A stretch of DNA of 64,000 nt, from assembly GCA_903813345.2 (NCBI GenBank), contig CAIIXF020000001.1, positions 19,654,001 through 19,718,000 of the forward strand, in the 5' to 3' direction. How positions within the stretch are numbered: position 1 is the first letter of the stretch; each line of letters opens with the position of its first letter. The notes under the pieces are model-generated. The model was not told the DNA's origin, did not search any database, and worked only from the letters and a program-made list of their open reading frames with translations. A program made the position numbers and the translations under genes. The stretch comes from Owenia fusiformis. Its lineage: Eukaryota. Below are positions 12,776 to 27,655 of this stretch, piece by piece.

Positions 12776-15700
12776 AAAAGTACATCTGACTGACTGTATA
12801 TTATCAATACCCCATTGATTGTTGTGTTTTCTGAAGGAAATTTTCTGTATAGAAATCATATTCAATTTATCAGCAAGTTTTGTTGTATATCAATAAAGAT
12901 TTGCTTTAGCAAACACACTGCTGAGTGTGAAGAGGATCCACTTTGTCTCTTCTCTTGGGTAGATTGTTTGATGAGAATGGAGAGAATGACTTTAAAGCAA
13001 GAACTCATTCTGATGGGAGGAGGGAAGCAGAGGCTTTGTGCAAGACTATTCATGGTATAATTGTATTTTCAGTTGTCAATAGAATTAAGAAAGTTGATCA
13101 GCAAGAAAAACTTGAATGCATTAATACTAATGAATTTGTCGTCATTTTCGAATAGCCTGTTTATATAACCTATTACCATTTATTTCCATTTTTATTGAAT
13201 TAACCTCCAGTGTTTCTTTCTTGTTTCTATTTGTATTTGGCCACCCTTCAAGAATAAGTAAACGCTGAAAAATCAACTAATTGCCAGCTCGATGATTGAT
13301 ATTGATTCTGTGTGACTTATACATATTTAGAAGGACATATTAGATACTGGATGATGTAAAGGATGTGGGTATTGAGTTCAGTGGGCAGGTTCTTACATAT
13401 AACCTTGATGATATTGACATCTTGCCATTGTGTGTGCGTGAGAAAAATCCTATTAAAATTTACCTGTCTATTATGGAACTTAAGTTAGTTAAATGAGTAG
13501 ATTATTGGTGTGTGACCCATAGGACGAAACTGAAAGTACATTTAGTCGTTAACATAGCTGTAGGCTGGTGGGACATGACACTGCTAGTCTTACATTTTGT
13601 TCGGCAGAACCTACATGCAAGAATGCATCTTCATTCATTTTTGGTCGAACATAGTGGAGATCAAGTTTTACAAGATGGCAAGAAGGCCAGGGGACATTAG
13701 CCAATAATATATGCCAGACATTTTGTCAGTTATTCATTGCAGTCAACTGACACATCTCCTGATGTTATGTCCAAGACCCTTTTACTGGGTGATTCCTTGA
13801 CATGTTGAAGCACCTTTATGTAATATACATTTGTTAACAATGTTTAGTTTAGATTGCTGTCTGTTCATCTTTCTGTTTTATGCTTCTAAACATTTTGCCT
13901 GTATGTAGCTCATGCAGTACCCTTTGCATTCATTTGACTTCACTTCTTAAAAGAGAGCTTCGTCTTTGTAGTTTAACTATACTCTGCACGCAGGTCACTC
14001 ATGCAGAAAGCAGATCTGTGGAAGGGTAAGAGAGCTACTCTCAGAAATTATTACAAAATCAAAATGATTTTTGGTTCAAAAGTGAATTTACCAAATTATT
14101 TCTTTAAAAGAAATTCATTTAAAAAACAACCAAATTATTTCATTTACTGGTTATAGATTCCATAGAGATGTGCTTTAACCATGCTCCAAAGTCCATGGTC
14201 CATGATCATAAAGTCAGGATGGTGATAGCATTATAATTTCATTTATTCTCAGTCAACTGAAGTAGGACAGAACCATAGAATATATTTACTGTGCTGTCCG
14301 AAGCAATGATCTTAAGCTCAATGTTAATTGTGAGGGAGTCATTGGGTTAATTAATGACCATCTTGATAAGGTTGAAGTGTCATACTTCATCGCCAAGACA
14401 ATCTGACTGCGCATACAATAAATATCCGTTCTAATGAAAAATAGGGAGATGTATAATTATGCACATGGTGTTGAGCAATCAGTCCCTGGAGGAGGTTTAT
14501 GTGGATTTATAATAAGCGGCATCTTTAAGGTATAGAAATATAGTCCATCTGTTCAGCTGTCTGGACAATAATTCAAATATCATTTGTCAGATTTTAGAAA
14601 TTATTTTTTTTCACTATTCTTAAATAAGGATTGGACTGAAATTCCCTTTGCATTTTGGAAAATGTAGAAATTGGTATTTTTTGAAAATCTTTAATGTTTA
14701 ACCTCATAATTTTAATAAATTGAAATTAGATTTGATTATTAAATCTGTAAGATGTCCAGCATGTTACTGTATGCACTAACCAGTTAATCCAACAAGTAAT
14801 ATATGGTATATCAGAGATAGGGTTCTTACCTTATTAGGAAGGCTCATTACTTGGAACAATTGGTTCAATCAGCAACATTTATAGGTTTGCATTTTCTCGA
14901 ATGATGTCACAGCCTTGGTTTTACTTCTTGAGGTTTTTCATGAAAGGCCAAGTGGAGGGATTAGTTTCAATATCGTGATCCAAGATGGGTGCAGGTAGTT
15001 GATCTTCTTCGACTATTTTCCAAAGAATTTCACCACATTTTTGAGATTTTTGGAACAGTTTAAGTTTAGTTTGAAAGGGTTGTAAGTGATTTATGGTAAA
15101 TCTATAGTATGTTGGAGTGAATATTGCTGTAATGATATCATGAGCAGAGTTCTATTGTGCCGTAATGTCGACATGATTTAAGTTCCCATCAATTGTCAGT
15201 TTGTTATTGAAGATTTCTTTCATGTTACATTTATGGAATTTCACGGGCTTGCATCAAGTCTTTAGACTATCTATCTTCATCTACTATTGTGGAGTTGGAT
15301 GAGTTGTAAGAGGGTGGGGGCATAATGGTTTATAGTAAGACTAGATATTGTACCATTTATGCTGCTATCTGTGTAGATCTGTTGATAACTTTGTTTTACT
15401 TTACCAAATAATAGCCAACTGCCTTGTCATTTGACAGGATATTCTCAAAGGATTCTATGAGTTCATCTAATGAATATAATATAAGTCTGTAGAATAAAAG
15501 AAATCAGAAAAATCCAAATGTTCAACAGTTTCACCATATTATATTATAAAATGCAAGATTTTACCTCAAACTGATATTTGTTTAATTAGGTCAATCTCAC
15601 ATTCGTATTGAGCAAAATGTTTGGGCCGATTCTCATAAAAAAGTTTTCATTAGAAATTGCATAATATTATATCTTTCTGATCCTAATATATTTGATTTAT

Positions 15701-18365
15701 AAAGACGCAAAACAATATTTATGACACTAAAATAAAGTACATAACCCAGCCTTTATTGCTCGGATGTACTAAAAAGCAGTCATAAGTGCGTCATTCAGGA
15801 GTGACATTCAGTGCACAATAGGGATGGTTCTTAGCTATTTCACGTCATAAATCTTTATCACCTTATATCGATTTTTTGGGGTATAATCTTAGAAAAGTGA
15901 CATAAATCCTTGCTATTAACAGCATTAAATCAAACTTGATTTATCCTTTCTACTTATTTGTGGCAATTTTACAGACAGGGACACGAGGGCAAGTGTATTT
16001 ATATTTTTCATGCAATGTGTCACAAGCACAACCAGCAATACATCAATTCCCCTTTAATAGCTGATCAATCCAAAGTGAAATCATGAATTGTCTCATGAAT
16101 TGTCACATGGAATTGTCTCTCAAGAGTATATACCAATTGAAGCTCAGGTAAAGTGTATTTAAAGGTATAACATAACTTTCATTGATTTGAAATAACCAAA
16201 ATATGATTGATGCTATTCTCAGCTAGGAGTTGGTTTCTTTGCCTGTTAACTCCTGACCTAGTATCATTACCCACTATCACCCACTTCCAAATAGATATTT
16301 TTTGTTTTATAGTCACTTGCCAATCATTCTAAAGATTTCCATGATAATGTCGACTAAAAACATCCAGAAAATTGAAAACTAAAAAGTTATTAGGAAAATA
16401 AAACGGCTTGACTTGTTCCATCACAGCTACTACAGTAATTCAGATTGCTTGCATGATAATGTCGCCTAAAATAATTCTAAAATTGACTTCACAGGATGCT
16501 TTATTGTAATTAACTTAGAGATTGAATTTTTTAGAATCTACGGTGTTAGATAATTAATTTAATTATGTTCATTCATTAGTTATTGATGGAGCAACAGCGG
16601 GAAGACTGAAAATTTCTGGAAATCATGCAACAGACTTCATATTATTAATAGTAACACGATCATATTCTCTCTGAAGTTTATTCTTGTATGTCTTAAATAA
16701 GAATCATTAAGTTGTTATTATGCCAGCGTTAGGGTGTTATATCATGATATAAACTAATATCGACTTACATTTTTATCGTAATAATGTATGGTATCTAGGA
16801 AGCATGATACTGAAATTGTTTTCCAGAATGTCAAAATCAATATTGGCAATAAAACTGACTTTCAAAAGAGGTTAATTATTGATAAAATAGAATATTATGG
16901 GAACTTATTGATCACCTCTTGTATGATATACATAATGTACAGTATGATATGAGCTTAAAATCATTTTAGATATTTTAAGATTTTATATGTAGATGTAGTA
17001 GAATAAATGTTTTTACTCTCTTTTCAAGTCTAATAGTTAACATATTCTCCATGGTATTGGAATCATTGTGGAACTAACTTGAACTGTCTTTGGGAGAAAG
17101 CGCATGAGCATCAGTTAATAGCGACTCAGATAAATCAGAGAGCATGAGACTTTTATCCACTATTATAGCATTGGATATTTTTTATTTTTTGTGCAGTAAA
17201 CCATTGTTATAATCTGCATGTTTAACATCAGTATTATCTTGGATGAAATGACTAATCTGTTAATCCCAATTATAATCTCTCGTAACACATTCTTTGGTAG
17301 CCCCATATATAAATCATGTGTTTTACTGGAATGTGCTTATCATGACATGCAGGTGTTGTATATTGACTATTTATAATCGTATCCCTTATGATTTATTCAC
17401 AAATGAAATATATGACTATAAATAAAATATGATATTCGTCATTAGGGAAATGTTGATATAAGCGATGAGAAAGGATTAGAAATTAAAGCCTGTTGGGGGC
17501 TGGGAATATTTATTCAATTGTGTTATTAATTGAGGAATGGAATATGATTTTTGTAGAAGCTTTTTGCTGTCATATTATAGTCCTGATAAAATACTGTACT
17601 ATATTCATATCGTACAATGATGATAGACATGCTGCACAATGATGATAAACATGCTGCACAATAATGACAACAAAGATACTTCAGATGATGAGAATAGATG
17701 AAATATTTTATACCAAATAACTCTCTGACTGATTTATACTTTCTCCAATAGCATTTGTAATTACATCTTAATTCACATTTCTTTGATTAAGGGAGTAATT
17801 CTTTAATATCAGTACTAATTGTTTATCAGAACTCGTATCGCTTCTGGCAAAAGTATTCCTTACTAAATTAATGATTTCATTTATCTCATTAGGCTGATGT
17901 CTTAAGCAATCCAGAGTTCAAATCGAACTCTTAGAGGGGATTGTTTAAGAAATGATAGTTATAAATCTCTGTATCATATTTTATAACAGATATGTGTAAA
18001 ATCTTCATTTTTCTATTTTGACATTATGTATAAGTGATGAAATTTACAATATGGCTTTATAATTTTTGTGGTTTTCAAAATCTAAATAAATGACTTGTCT
18101 CCACCTATCTTAGAAAAACTTTATATGGTATATATCGATACATTGTTTATATACAAGAAGAAAGTGTAGCATACAATCTATAGATTCACAAATAGTTGAA
18201 GTAGTTGAGATACAGTCAAACCTGTCTAAGTGGAACACCTTTGGTACCTTTAAAAAGTGTTCTACTTGGGAGGTGTTCAACTGTATTTCCAAAAGTTGGT
18301 TCATAAGCTGATGTTTTAGCATCAATCTACATACCCTGGCTTAATGAGAGAATTCTCTGATTTAA

Positions 18366-18918
18366 AGGGTGACGCATATCGTTTAGCAAATCGAACGCTC
18401 GTTTCTGGTGTTGCTCACCGTTTAGTATAAAAGGCCCGATCCCAGAATAATACTCAAGGGTTCACAGGTTCGAGGTCGTTGTGTCAACACCTCTAACTGT
18501 TATACAGCATAAGTATATTATAGATCGTCACACATTTATAAAAGGGTGGTTTTTATTTTGACAAATCAATTCCACATTTATTGGTGAAGTTTCAGGATCT
18601 TCTATTTGTGTATAATAAGGAAAAATTGGCATCTAAATTTCCCCATAACGTAATAGCACACAGCTTGGCATATGAAATATCCTACAAATGAAACAAAGCA
18701 AGACAAACCGGTTTCTAATACTAGGATTTATATTGGCTGTTGTACATGTATTCTTTAAACGCAATCACTCTATGGATAACGTTTTCAAAATCATTATAAA
18801 CGGATAACTTTATCTCAAAGACAATTTCAATAAACTGGATTTTACAGAACTCCCCTTATTTCTGGAATTCGCCTGGAGCCGCCATATTGTTTTTATACGG
18901 GATGCTAATCGGAACCCT
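18366..18918. mobile_element. Possible Kolobok-like element
   Basis: TTAA|AGGGT ... ACCCT|TTAA with a CpG-richer interior. The inverted-repeat match beyond 5 bp is weak. Confidence 0.35.
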
Positions 18919-20356
18919 TTAAAGGCAATTTGTATGAAATTCACAGTCCAGGGAATCTTAATTCTCACGCTGATTTTCATTTTTACTATGAGCAATTTAA
19001 CAATTGCTACATATGTATTCCTAGTATTTCTTTCATGGATTATTCAATCCACATAATTCACTTGTTTGATTGACGTTTTATTGCATTACACTGTATTAAA
19101 GGATATGACCAAAATTTCAATTGTCTCAATCTACTACTTTTACTCTACAAAGGAAATTAATGTTACATTGCGTTATTCGCATCTTTGCCATCAGGGTACG
19201 GAATTATGTAAATCACTATGGAGTACTCTCTCAGGATTAACAGATCTATGGTATTTTTACTGTTTTTCCTGATGACATTTCTACTTGGGAATGCTGTTTT
19301 CAGTTTTAATCATGCTAATATGGGCACTGGGAATTGATTTATCTTTATCATTCTGAATTGTGATTTAGAAACTTAAGAGCTTTGATAAGAGGGAGAATAA
19401 ACTATAATTTATGTTATTGTACTGTCTTTATTGATGAGGTTTCCTGAATGGATATCAGCATTTTGTAGTCTTGGATCAAGCCCATCTTGTCTTACTATTC
19501 CCTGTTTTACATAACTGGCTTGGGAAATCAGGGAGAATATGGACATAGGTTTGATTTAAGACTATTTGTTGTATAATACCATGAAGAAGTTTGGAAATTC
19601 AATAGTGGTTGGTGTTTGACATTCTGCATCTGTAACAAGTGAGATTTTGCATGTCAGTGCCTTGTATTCTATTGGTCTTGCCTTATGTTTTGTATAAATT
19701 ATTGTTATTTTTCATTATGTATCAATATTTATTTGTTAATTTGACATTATAATATAATACAAATAGCTTCCTCTTCCCAATCATAACTTTACTTACGGTA
19801 AGCTGCTAAACCACAAGTGTTATTTGCAGAGGCACTTTTTAAGTAAAGGACATCATTATTTTGTAATATTAGAAGTTAATCATAATTTTCATCAGTGATT
19901 AAAAGTTATTAGATATTTGATATTTTGACCATATCCTATTCAGTACACTCCATATTCCTATTTGTGATAAAGGATGACATTTTATTCCAATTTTTATGAC
20001 TAAATTGAAATGTACTATAAGTCATGATTTACCTCGGAAAAGGAAAAGTGAGTCTCCTTGGGATTAGGATAATCCGAAAAACAATGAAAATTTGATGTCA
20101 AATATCTGGCCCAAAAGCAACTTTTTTGATATGGTTAATGTACAAAAAGATTGGGGGATATTATATAATTGATCTCCAAAAAGAAAAAAATAACAAAATA
20201 TGAAGGATCATAAATAAGGATTATCTCATAATCTATATTTGCCATAATGTATATAAATATATAAATTACATAATGCAAAATTAATGCATTAATCATGTAC
20301 ATGTAATGTTACATATACTTCCAAAATATGATAAGTTGCATTCTATATGATTCCAG

Positions 20357-21451
20357 GTTCTGGAGGCAACTTTCTATCTCCACAGGACCCTGGGGTATCA
20401 TCAGAGGAGTACTGGTCTTGGCTTCACAATCGGGGCACACAGGCAGTACCCAGCAAATTTGAGCAGACCTCCCAAGCCTCCCAGGTTAACCCACAGAAAG
20501 CCTTGACAAGGAAACACAGTGCCGATTCATTAACCATGTATCAGACATATCAAATGCCCGATTTCACAGATTTACCACTTAGCCATGACCAGCGGTTATC
20601 CGCTTTGATGCAAAGTATGGTCCAAACTCAACGCAATCTTACTCACTCGCTTACCTCATCCAATATCAAACCAAGGCCTGGCACGGAGCATGAATCACGA
20701 ACATTACCAAGGCCGAGTTCTAAAAATCGGGACCTCCACTTATCCCGTAAACCATTGCAGTTGAAACCGGATGACTTTTACTTGTATCGACCCGAGGGTC
20801 ATGGTCACCCCGGGAGTAATATGAATGGGGTAATATCGGTGCATATATATTGTGGCCATGGCCTTAAATCCTCTAAAACTGTGCTCAGGGACCTTTACTG
20901 TGTGGTACAAGTAGATTCAATAAACAGAGCCCGAACAATGATCCGTACAGGTGCTATCAACTTTGATTGGGATGAGGGGTTCGATGTTGAGTTAGAGAAT
21001 GCAAGTGATATGTGTTTTCTTATATACAATTGGGATCCCAATAGGAGACATCGACTATGTTTCTCTGGCAATGTGAATCTCCCGAACATGCTTCAAAAGT
21101 CCTACAAACAAAAAGTGGCTGTGAGACTTGAGCCAAAAGGGATTATTTATCTGAATGTTGTATATAAGGAAGCGGCTGTGAGTTTACAGCGTACACCATC
21201 TATGAAAAAGAATGCCATCTTTGGTGTGGATTTAGAAACAATCGTGAAACGTGAAAAATTAGGAACCAATGTGCCAATACTTGTGATGCAATGTATAGAT
21301 GAGATTGAACACAGAGGCCTGGATGTGGTGGGCCTCTACAGGCTGTGCGGTTCTGCTAAGAGGAAGGTTGAACTACGAGAAGAGTTTGAACGAGATATCA
21401 GAAAAGTTGAACTCTCTCCAAATAGTGTACCCGACATTAATGTAGTGACAG
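20357..21451 (+). CDS. SYDE: SYD-1/SYDE/RhoGAP100F-like Rho GTPase-activating protein, internal exon encoding a disordered region, the C2 domain and the N-terminal part of the RhoGAP domain
   Basis: Lies in ORF 20347-21483. Acceptor ttccag|G at 20356/7 and donor G|gtaag at 21451/2, both phase 1. C2-like segment (GVISVHIYCGHGLK...LYCVVQVD...ARTMIRTG...FDWDEGF) is followed by IFGVDLETIVKRE...VPILVMQCIDEIEHRGLDVVGLYRLCGS...ELREEFER...PDINVVTG, which matches the SYDE/RhoGAP100F GAP domain as I recall it. Confidence 0.92.
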
Positions 21452-23549
21452 GTAAGAGAAATATTGGTGTAACAATGTATTAACAGTGTGACTTCATAAA
21501 ATGTCATGTGAGTCAAAGTGTGACAGTATTATACTGTCAGTGTCAGGTTAGTCTAATGTGACATTGGTATGGTGTCGGATGATTCTAAGTGTAACAGTTT
21601 ATCAATATGACATCATGAAAATACCAGTGTGGCATCATTAGGTGAGTGCTAGGTGAGACAAAGTGTGACACCAGTAAAATGTCAAGTGAGCACAAACACG
21701 ACACTGTTATAGTGTCATGTTAGGTAAAGTTAACACCAGTATAATGTTTGGCGAGTCCACAGTGTCCAGTATGGTAAAGTGTGGTACCCGTTTGAGATCA
21801 TCAAGTATCAGGTGAGTCAAGGTATGACACCAGTATAGCATCGGGTACAGCAAGTTTGATATCAGCATTATAGAACAACATGTTATTAATATGATATACA
21901 TTACAAATGAGGACATGCTCAAACCTTATAAATAAATAAAAGTATCAGGCTCATAACAGGAAACCACCTACTCACTGATTGCCATTAATGTATCTGTACA
22001 TTATTATTTGTTTAAATAATAGTTGTTATCTCACATGTTTCATGTCTTTTGGTTATGTGAAAAATGGAGTAGAATATCCTTGGACTTGGAAGGACAAGAA
22101 AATCAATATATTGGGCATTACTCTTCCGCCATTGTTTTAGACTCTTGCATTAAAATCTTACAATGATGCAAGTGGAGTGTTCTACCTCTTGTGCTTTAAT
22201 TGTAAGATGTTCTTATTGTATCACACAGCTTAATCTAAATGAAAATGAAGAAAAACTTACAACTTCTGTAAGCGACAGCTACGTTGTTGCAAATGGTGAC
22301 AATACAATTGTTTCAACCCTTACAGAATATTCACTTTTGCTATATATTTTATAAGGACAGAGAGAGTATATTACATTGGCAAAATCAATTAAGTCTGAAG
22401 TATATCTCATTCTAACCACAAATTGAAATGTCTTGAACAACTGAAAGTTCAGCGAACTTGCATGAAAGTCTTCCCAAGGAGGTTCCTATACATCTGTCTA
22501 GGAAGCGACTAATGTATCATAATTAAATAGAGTTTTGTGTCGGAACTTAATTGTTACCATGAGCTCAGTATTGATCCTTCATTTCAGGAATCTATATAAA
22601 GCAAGGCAATAAGTCATGGTTCACTGGAGAGTGATTAAAAACTAATTGGATATATGGACACTGTACATGTACTAAAAATGTTCAAACCATTTTAGCCATG
22701 ATAAATGGTGCCGCAAATTATGAGAACACAAGATGGTCCTTCAAAATTACTGTCATTTTCAACCTACTTAATGTTTGATGATGTGTGAAGTTCCTTCCTT
22801 TTGAGGTATTTTGTGATATATTTATCAATTTACTTACTTACTTACTTACATATTTGTGTGTTAAAGATCTTATTTTCTGGGGAGGTGCAAAATATCAATG
22901 ATGCAAAATTCAAAATGAAATTCACAAATTTTCACTAATCCATTGAATATGGCTTACGATGAGATACAAAGATGAATCCGGTGGTTTATGGATTTTTGCT
23001 ACTTGACTCAAAACAAGACTGACAGTAAGGCCAATTGAAATGTTTGAATTGAATAATTTAAGCACCTTTTAACTATAGGATAAAAAGAATATCCCATGAT
23101 TTACTCATAACATGAATTTTGTCGAGGCTCATAGATATTGATATCAGCACTCTGTTGTTTCTCTCGCTCCTATATATCACATACCCATACATAGGTAAAA
23201 TCATATTACACTGTTAATGAGGTTGGCTTATAAGCACCAAATCATTATGTCACAACATTTGCAAAAATAGCCCTCTATATCCCATATCCAATTGTGAATG
23301 ATTTACATTTGTATTTGATTATACCATGTGCTAATATGATATCCTTAATAAGTACCTAGGGGATGCAATATAGCATACTGTTTTCTCGGAGTAACTAATC
23401 TATCATACTCTATTGTTATTCCTTAATGGAATTAGCATATTGGATATTTATGGTAGTTCCCCTGGGTGCGAGAGGTAGTACTGTTAATCTGTGTACATAC
23501 ATTGTACTGTGTGAGGAAAGCTGCGTGTACCTTAACATTACCAAGTATA

Positions 23550-24220
23550 TTATTATCCCACCAAACAAAGTTTTTAGGGATATAGAAAAGTCGGCTGTCC
23601 ATCCGTCTGTAAGTGTATTAGGCGATAACTCAAATACCAGTTGATAGATTTGGTTCAAAGTTTATTTGCTTATGCCTTATTGGTGTAGGGCCTCTGATGG
23701 AGAAGGAATTTTCAATATGGCCACTCATTTCAAAATGGCCACAATTTTTCACAAAAAGTTTTATCTTTGATAAGACAAATACCAGTTGATGAATGTGGTT
23801 CAAATTTTAAATGCTGCTGCCTTAGGGACATAGAAGCTGTGATCAAGAAGAAACTTTCAAAGTGCTCTCTGAATTTCAAAATGGCAGTTTTTCATAAAAG
23901 ATATACCATTCATTTTATAGGCTAATATCTTATTGGTACCTCTGCTCAAGGAGGCATTTTCAAAATTGCTGCTCATTTCAAAATGGCCACCATTTTTTTA
24001 ATTTTCTAATAACTTTATACCAGTTCCAGGATTTGGTGCAAATTTCATAGGCTAGCATTGTAAAGGCAAAAGACTTAATTCTGCTCAAGAAGGACTTACT
24101 ACTCTACTACATGTATTACCTAGTTCTTCACGTGATGAACTAAGTAATGTCCAAAATGATGAAGTATTTAAAATATTTTTTGTTTGCTGGGATTTGCTAC
24201 TCTGTGGAGTTGCTGTTTTA
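23550..24220 (+). mobile_element. Degenerate Helentron-associated (HINE/DINE-1-like) element
   Basis: Subterminal inverted repeats ATCCCACCAAAC (23555) and GTTTGCTGGGAT (24182), a short GTCC/GTCT tract and internal repeats with TTTCAAAATGGCC. Similar to 51305-52862. Confidence 0.6.
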
Positions 24221-24582
24221 TAGTTTCCCTATTTTCTAATATATTAAAAGCACCCTTGTGAATTCCATATTGCTTTTTAGGTATGATTTATCTTTTACAG
24301 ATAATTACCCATTCTTGAAGTTTGTAACCTCTCAGCCGCAAGTAGCTCTATGCTCATGAAGAGGAACATGTTTCTCAAGCCTATGTATTTGGGCATAAAA
24401 TTATCATTAAAACTGATTTTGTTATTCTTAAGGCATATAATATACATCCCTGAACATGGAGAGACATCCTGCATCACTGATCCAGTCATCCTTATCATAT
24501 ATGGGTCCAAAAAAGGTATCACAAAATAAAGTTAAAATCATACTCCTGCCTCACATTAAAACACTTCTCATCTGTATTTTAG

Positions 24583-24743
24583 GCATTCTGAAAGACTTTT
24601 TACGTGAACTCCCCGAGCCGATCTTTACCAACTCCCTCTATCAGATGCTCTTGGATGCATTGTCTGTTCGGTTACCTAGCGACCCTGGTGGCAGTGCCAA
24701 ACTCATGCTCAGCATACTTGAATGTTTACCCAAAGCCAACCAA
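24583..24743 (+). CDS. SYDE: SYDE-like RhoGAP, next exon (GAP domain core)
   Basis: Acceptor tattttag| and donor CAA|gtaagt; phase 1 in, phase 0 out. Encodes (G)ILKDFLRELPEPIFTNSLY...LECLPKANQ, containing the canonical LKxFLRELPEP RhoGAP motif. Confidence 0.93.
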
Positions 24744-25550
24744 GTAAGTATATTTTTAACCCCTGTCCACTGCAGGATGGCAATAACTGGAATTAGTGTC
24801 ATCCAAAATGGCGGACAGAATTCTTCAATATAGATAAACCTTTGATTTCAAATAAACCAAGTAAAATCTGGATTCCAACACAGCCTGCGCTATCCCTTGC
24901 AACAGACACAGACTTTAAATTAAGAGAGACTGATGAATCAGAATGGGATTCAAAAGCTTAAAGGTTTATAAAAATCCAATGTACACCATCTTGGCTGATA
25001 CTAACTTCATCAACAAACTCAATATTGTTAACAGCAGGAGATGAATATCACAATATTAGTTTTCGAAGAAATGTAAATGACATTATCAGTGGCTGTTATA
25101 AATATTTGCTTAATTGATAGATATAGAATAATATAATTGTCACCCAGGCTTTTACTTCATTAGTGTACTATTACTGAAAATAGCGCATTTCAGATTGATG
25201 GCTTTCTATCAGTTACCTGTCTCTCAAATATACACACAGGAATAAACATCAATACCTTCATATGAGGTATTGCATCAAACCCTTGTGTACGTTTAACAAA
25301 AATTTACACTTTTTAATTGTTAGATTTTTGTTTCTTAAAAGAGAGCTTCATCAATACTCTTTGAATAAGAGAGAATCTTTTGGTCTACTCTGACCCATTT
25401 AGATATATAGCTACTTTTGATGGTGACATATTGTTATAGTGTTTTTAATGATGATTCCCTGAGATTGAATAAATGAAATATGCAAGTGAAAAAATGTGTA
25501 TTATTGACTTTTGTATAAGCTGCAAACCATCCAATGGAACTTTCAGATTT

Positions 25551-25721
25551 TTATGTTACCTCCAATGACAAGTGGTGACATATTGTTATGTGTCTTTTTT
25601 GTGGACAGTGTTCAGTGGTTAGTGTTTGGCAGTTTGGTGTTTGGTGTTCAGTGGTTGGTGTTTGGTTTTCGGTGTCTGTAACAAATGGCAGGTGGTGACA
25701 TTTCGCATAGTTATGCTTTGT
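25551..25721 (+). mobile_element. Representative of a ~110-170-bp mini-HINE-like family (others at ~19600-19665, 34753-34905, 39470-39577, 50114-50255, 50679-50825)
   Basis: Shared layout: 5' TTATGTCACCACC-like end, GTGACATATTGTT, a GT-rich variable middle, TCTGTAACAAATGGCAGGTGGTGACAT, then a GCATxxxxATGC hairpin and CTTGT. Confidence 0.65.
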
Positions 25722-27339
25722 TTTACAGTTAAATTGATCTTTAAGATTAATCTTATTAGTTTCTCTCTATATTATACACTATCAAGTGCTAAATGATAGC
25801 AAACTGAAATTGTTTTGTACAATAAAATCATTGACGTCATCAATAATGAAAGCCCTAAAGGTGATGTTTCCATTTCTATCTGACACACTACACCTCCTTC
25901 TAATACCTACGGAAGGAAGTGCTATTTCAATAACATATTGAAAATCACTCTTGAAGGGGATTCACCATTCTATAGTTTACTGTGTGTATTACTAGCTAGA
26001 TCGGATTCCTGTTAATGCCACATCCGCGGAACAGTAAAGCAATCGAAGTAATTTCAAGTTAATAGAGAAAAACATGTTTAGTTAGGAGCAGTTCTGTTTT
26101 GGTTAATGCGGTTATAAACCAGAGTTACGATGCAGTTAGCGCAATGACATAACTGATGATTGTCATTGCTGTTAGTTTCTTATAAGATATTACTCTCTTG
26201 TGCATCCTTATCTCAGAGTTAGGCTTTTACAGTGTACTTTAGGATCTCACAGACCTATACATCATTTCCACTTAGAGCTATCTAGTTCCATTTTCATGTT
26301 AATTTATATAGACCAGGCCTGTAGCGCACTTTGCGTGGTGATTGGACAGAGATACAAGTGTCCCAATAATCTTTTAAACGAAAATATGAAATAATTGAGT
26401 TTTTACTAAATTGATGTTTGAAATCTGAATTAATGACTTGGATTTATATTTATTAATTGTCTCTGCTCATTTGTCCAGTTAGATAATGTGACTGTAAAAA
26501 CCATTGTGACATCTAGAAGGTGACTAATTTATATTGCAAACCTTCTTTGTAATATAAAATCTAGTTTTTTTTAATTTCTTATCAAATTGTACATTTTTTA
26601 AAATAAAAATGTAAAACTTATCTAGCTACAAGTCCTTGTGAGCCCCCCTCCCCCGACCAACAAAAAGTGTTGTGTTGGGATCGAAGTAGGCTAATGCAAA
26701 ACATGATGAGAAAGCACAAACCCAAAAATGGCCCAGTTCTTTTTAAGATCGAGTATATGTTGTTAGTAATATCCAAAATATTAGACCATTGAAAAGGCTT
26801 TTTTCATTTAAAACGCGGACTAGATAAAATACATACACATGTACTAGTATGGAAAAAAGAATGCAAAAATAGAAAATTGAATATTTTCCTCTTGTAAGAA
26901 TCATGTTTCATTTTTCCTCAAGTGATTCAGAGCAAAACTGTTGCACAAAAACACCTCAGGGAAAATTGATGTTAGCGAGGTCAAAGACTAAGTAGAAAAA
27001 ACATTTATGACCAATGAAGCAGGGCTTGTGATAAGTGAATTCTGTTCAATGCTTGCTGATATTAACTTCTAGCACAATGCAACTGGAAAACTCCTATTCA
27101 CGATAAGAGTTCAGGTGGTAATTTACATAAATATCTATCATGATGCATCGCTTTGGAAAGGACAAATTTTCATTGGCCCTCCGAACGAGTCGATTACTCT
27201 GAACGTTTTTCAGCTTCTGATCTTCCATCAGCCCTCAAGCATAGTTATGATCCAATCTATTCAATAATCAGAAAGATAATCAGAGATTCAAAGTAACATT
27301 ATTTATATTTTTTCGATCTTCGATGGCGTCTGAGAGGAA

Positions 27340-27653
27340 TGGTGAGCACAGATGCTCCTGGGATAGCTCCAATAGAAAAAGTCACAAAAATTCAAGTCAG
27401 GAGAACTTCTTTTGGAACTTAGCCCTTGCACTGATTTTTGCAATATGTGAAACTTGGTCCAGAGTGCCGATTTTGACCCACTTTGCAAATAGAAGGATTT
27501 CTCACCCAACCATGACCACATTTGAATGAATGACATATCATTGCAAAGAGGATGGATGTGTCTTTAAGGTACATTGAATGAAATTGATGTAGTGATCACT
27601 AGTTTTGTGATTTTACGAGATAACCACTTGTTGCGTTTTTTTGATACGCCTTG
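27340..27653 (-). mobile_element. Tc1/mariner transposon remnant with a transposase fragment
   Basis: The minus-strand peptide RSSPDLNFCDFFYWSY (27361-27410) resembles the SPDLNPxDFFxWGYLK motif. A TIR-like end TA|CAAGGCGTATCAAAAAAA lies on the minus strand at 27653. Confidence 0.65.
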
Positions 27654-27655
27654 TA

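Noticed and set aside
12963-13054. Possible upstream RhoGAP exon (LFDENGENDFKARTHSDGRREAEALCKTIH, phase-1 exit)
   Set aside because: Weak acceptor (gggtag) and donor (gtataa) and no recognisable homology; cannot be supported without RNA data.
24930-24998. TGATGA...CTGA as a C/D-box snoRNA
   Set aside because: No terminal stem, the C-box-like word is not conserved in the second copy of the motif at ~31833, and no rRNA complementarity was recognised.
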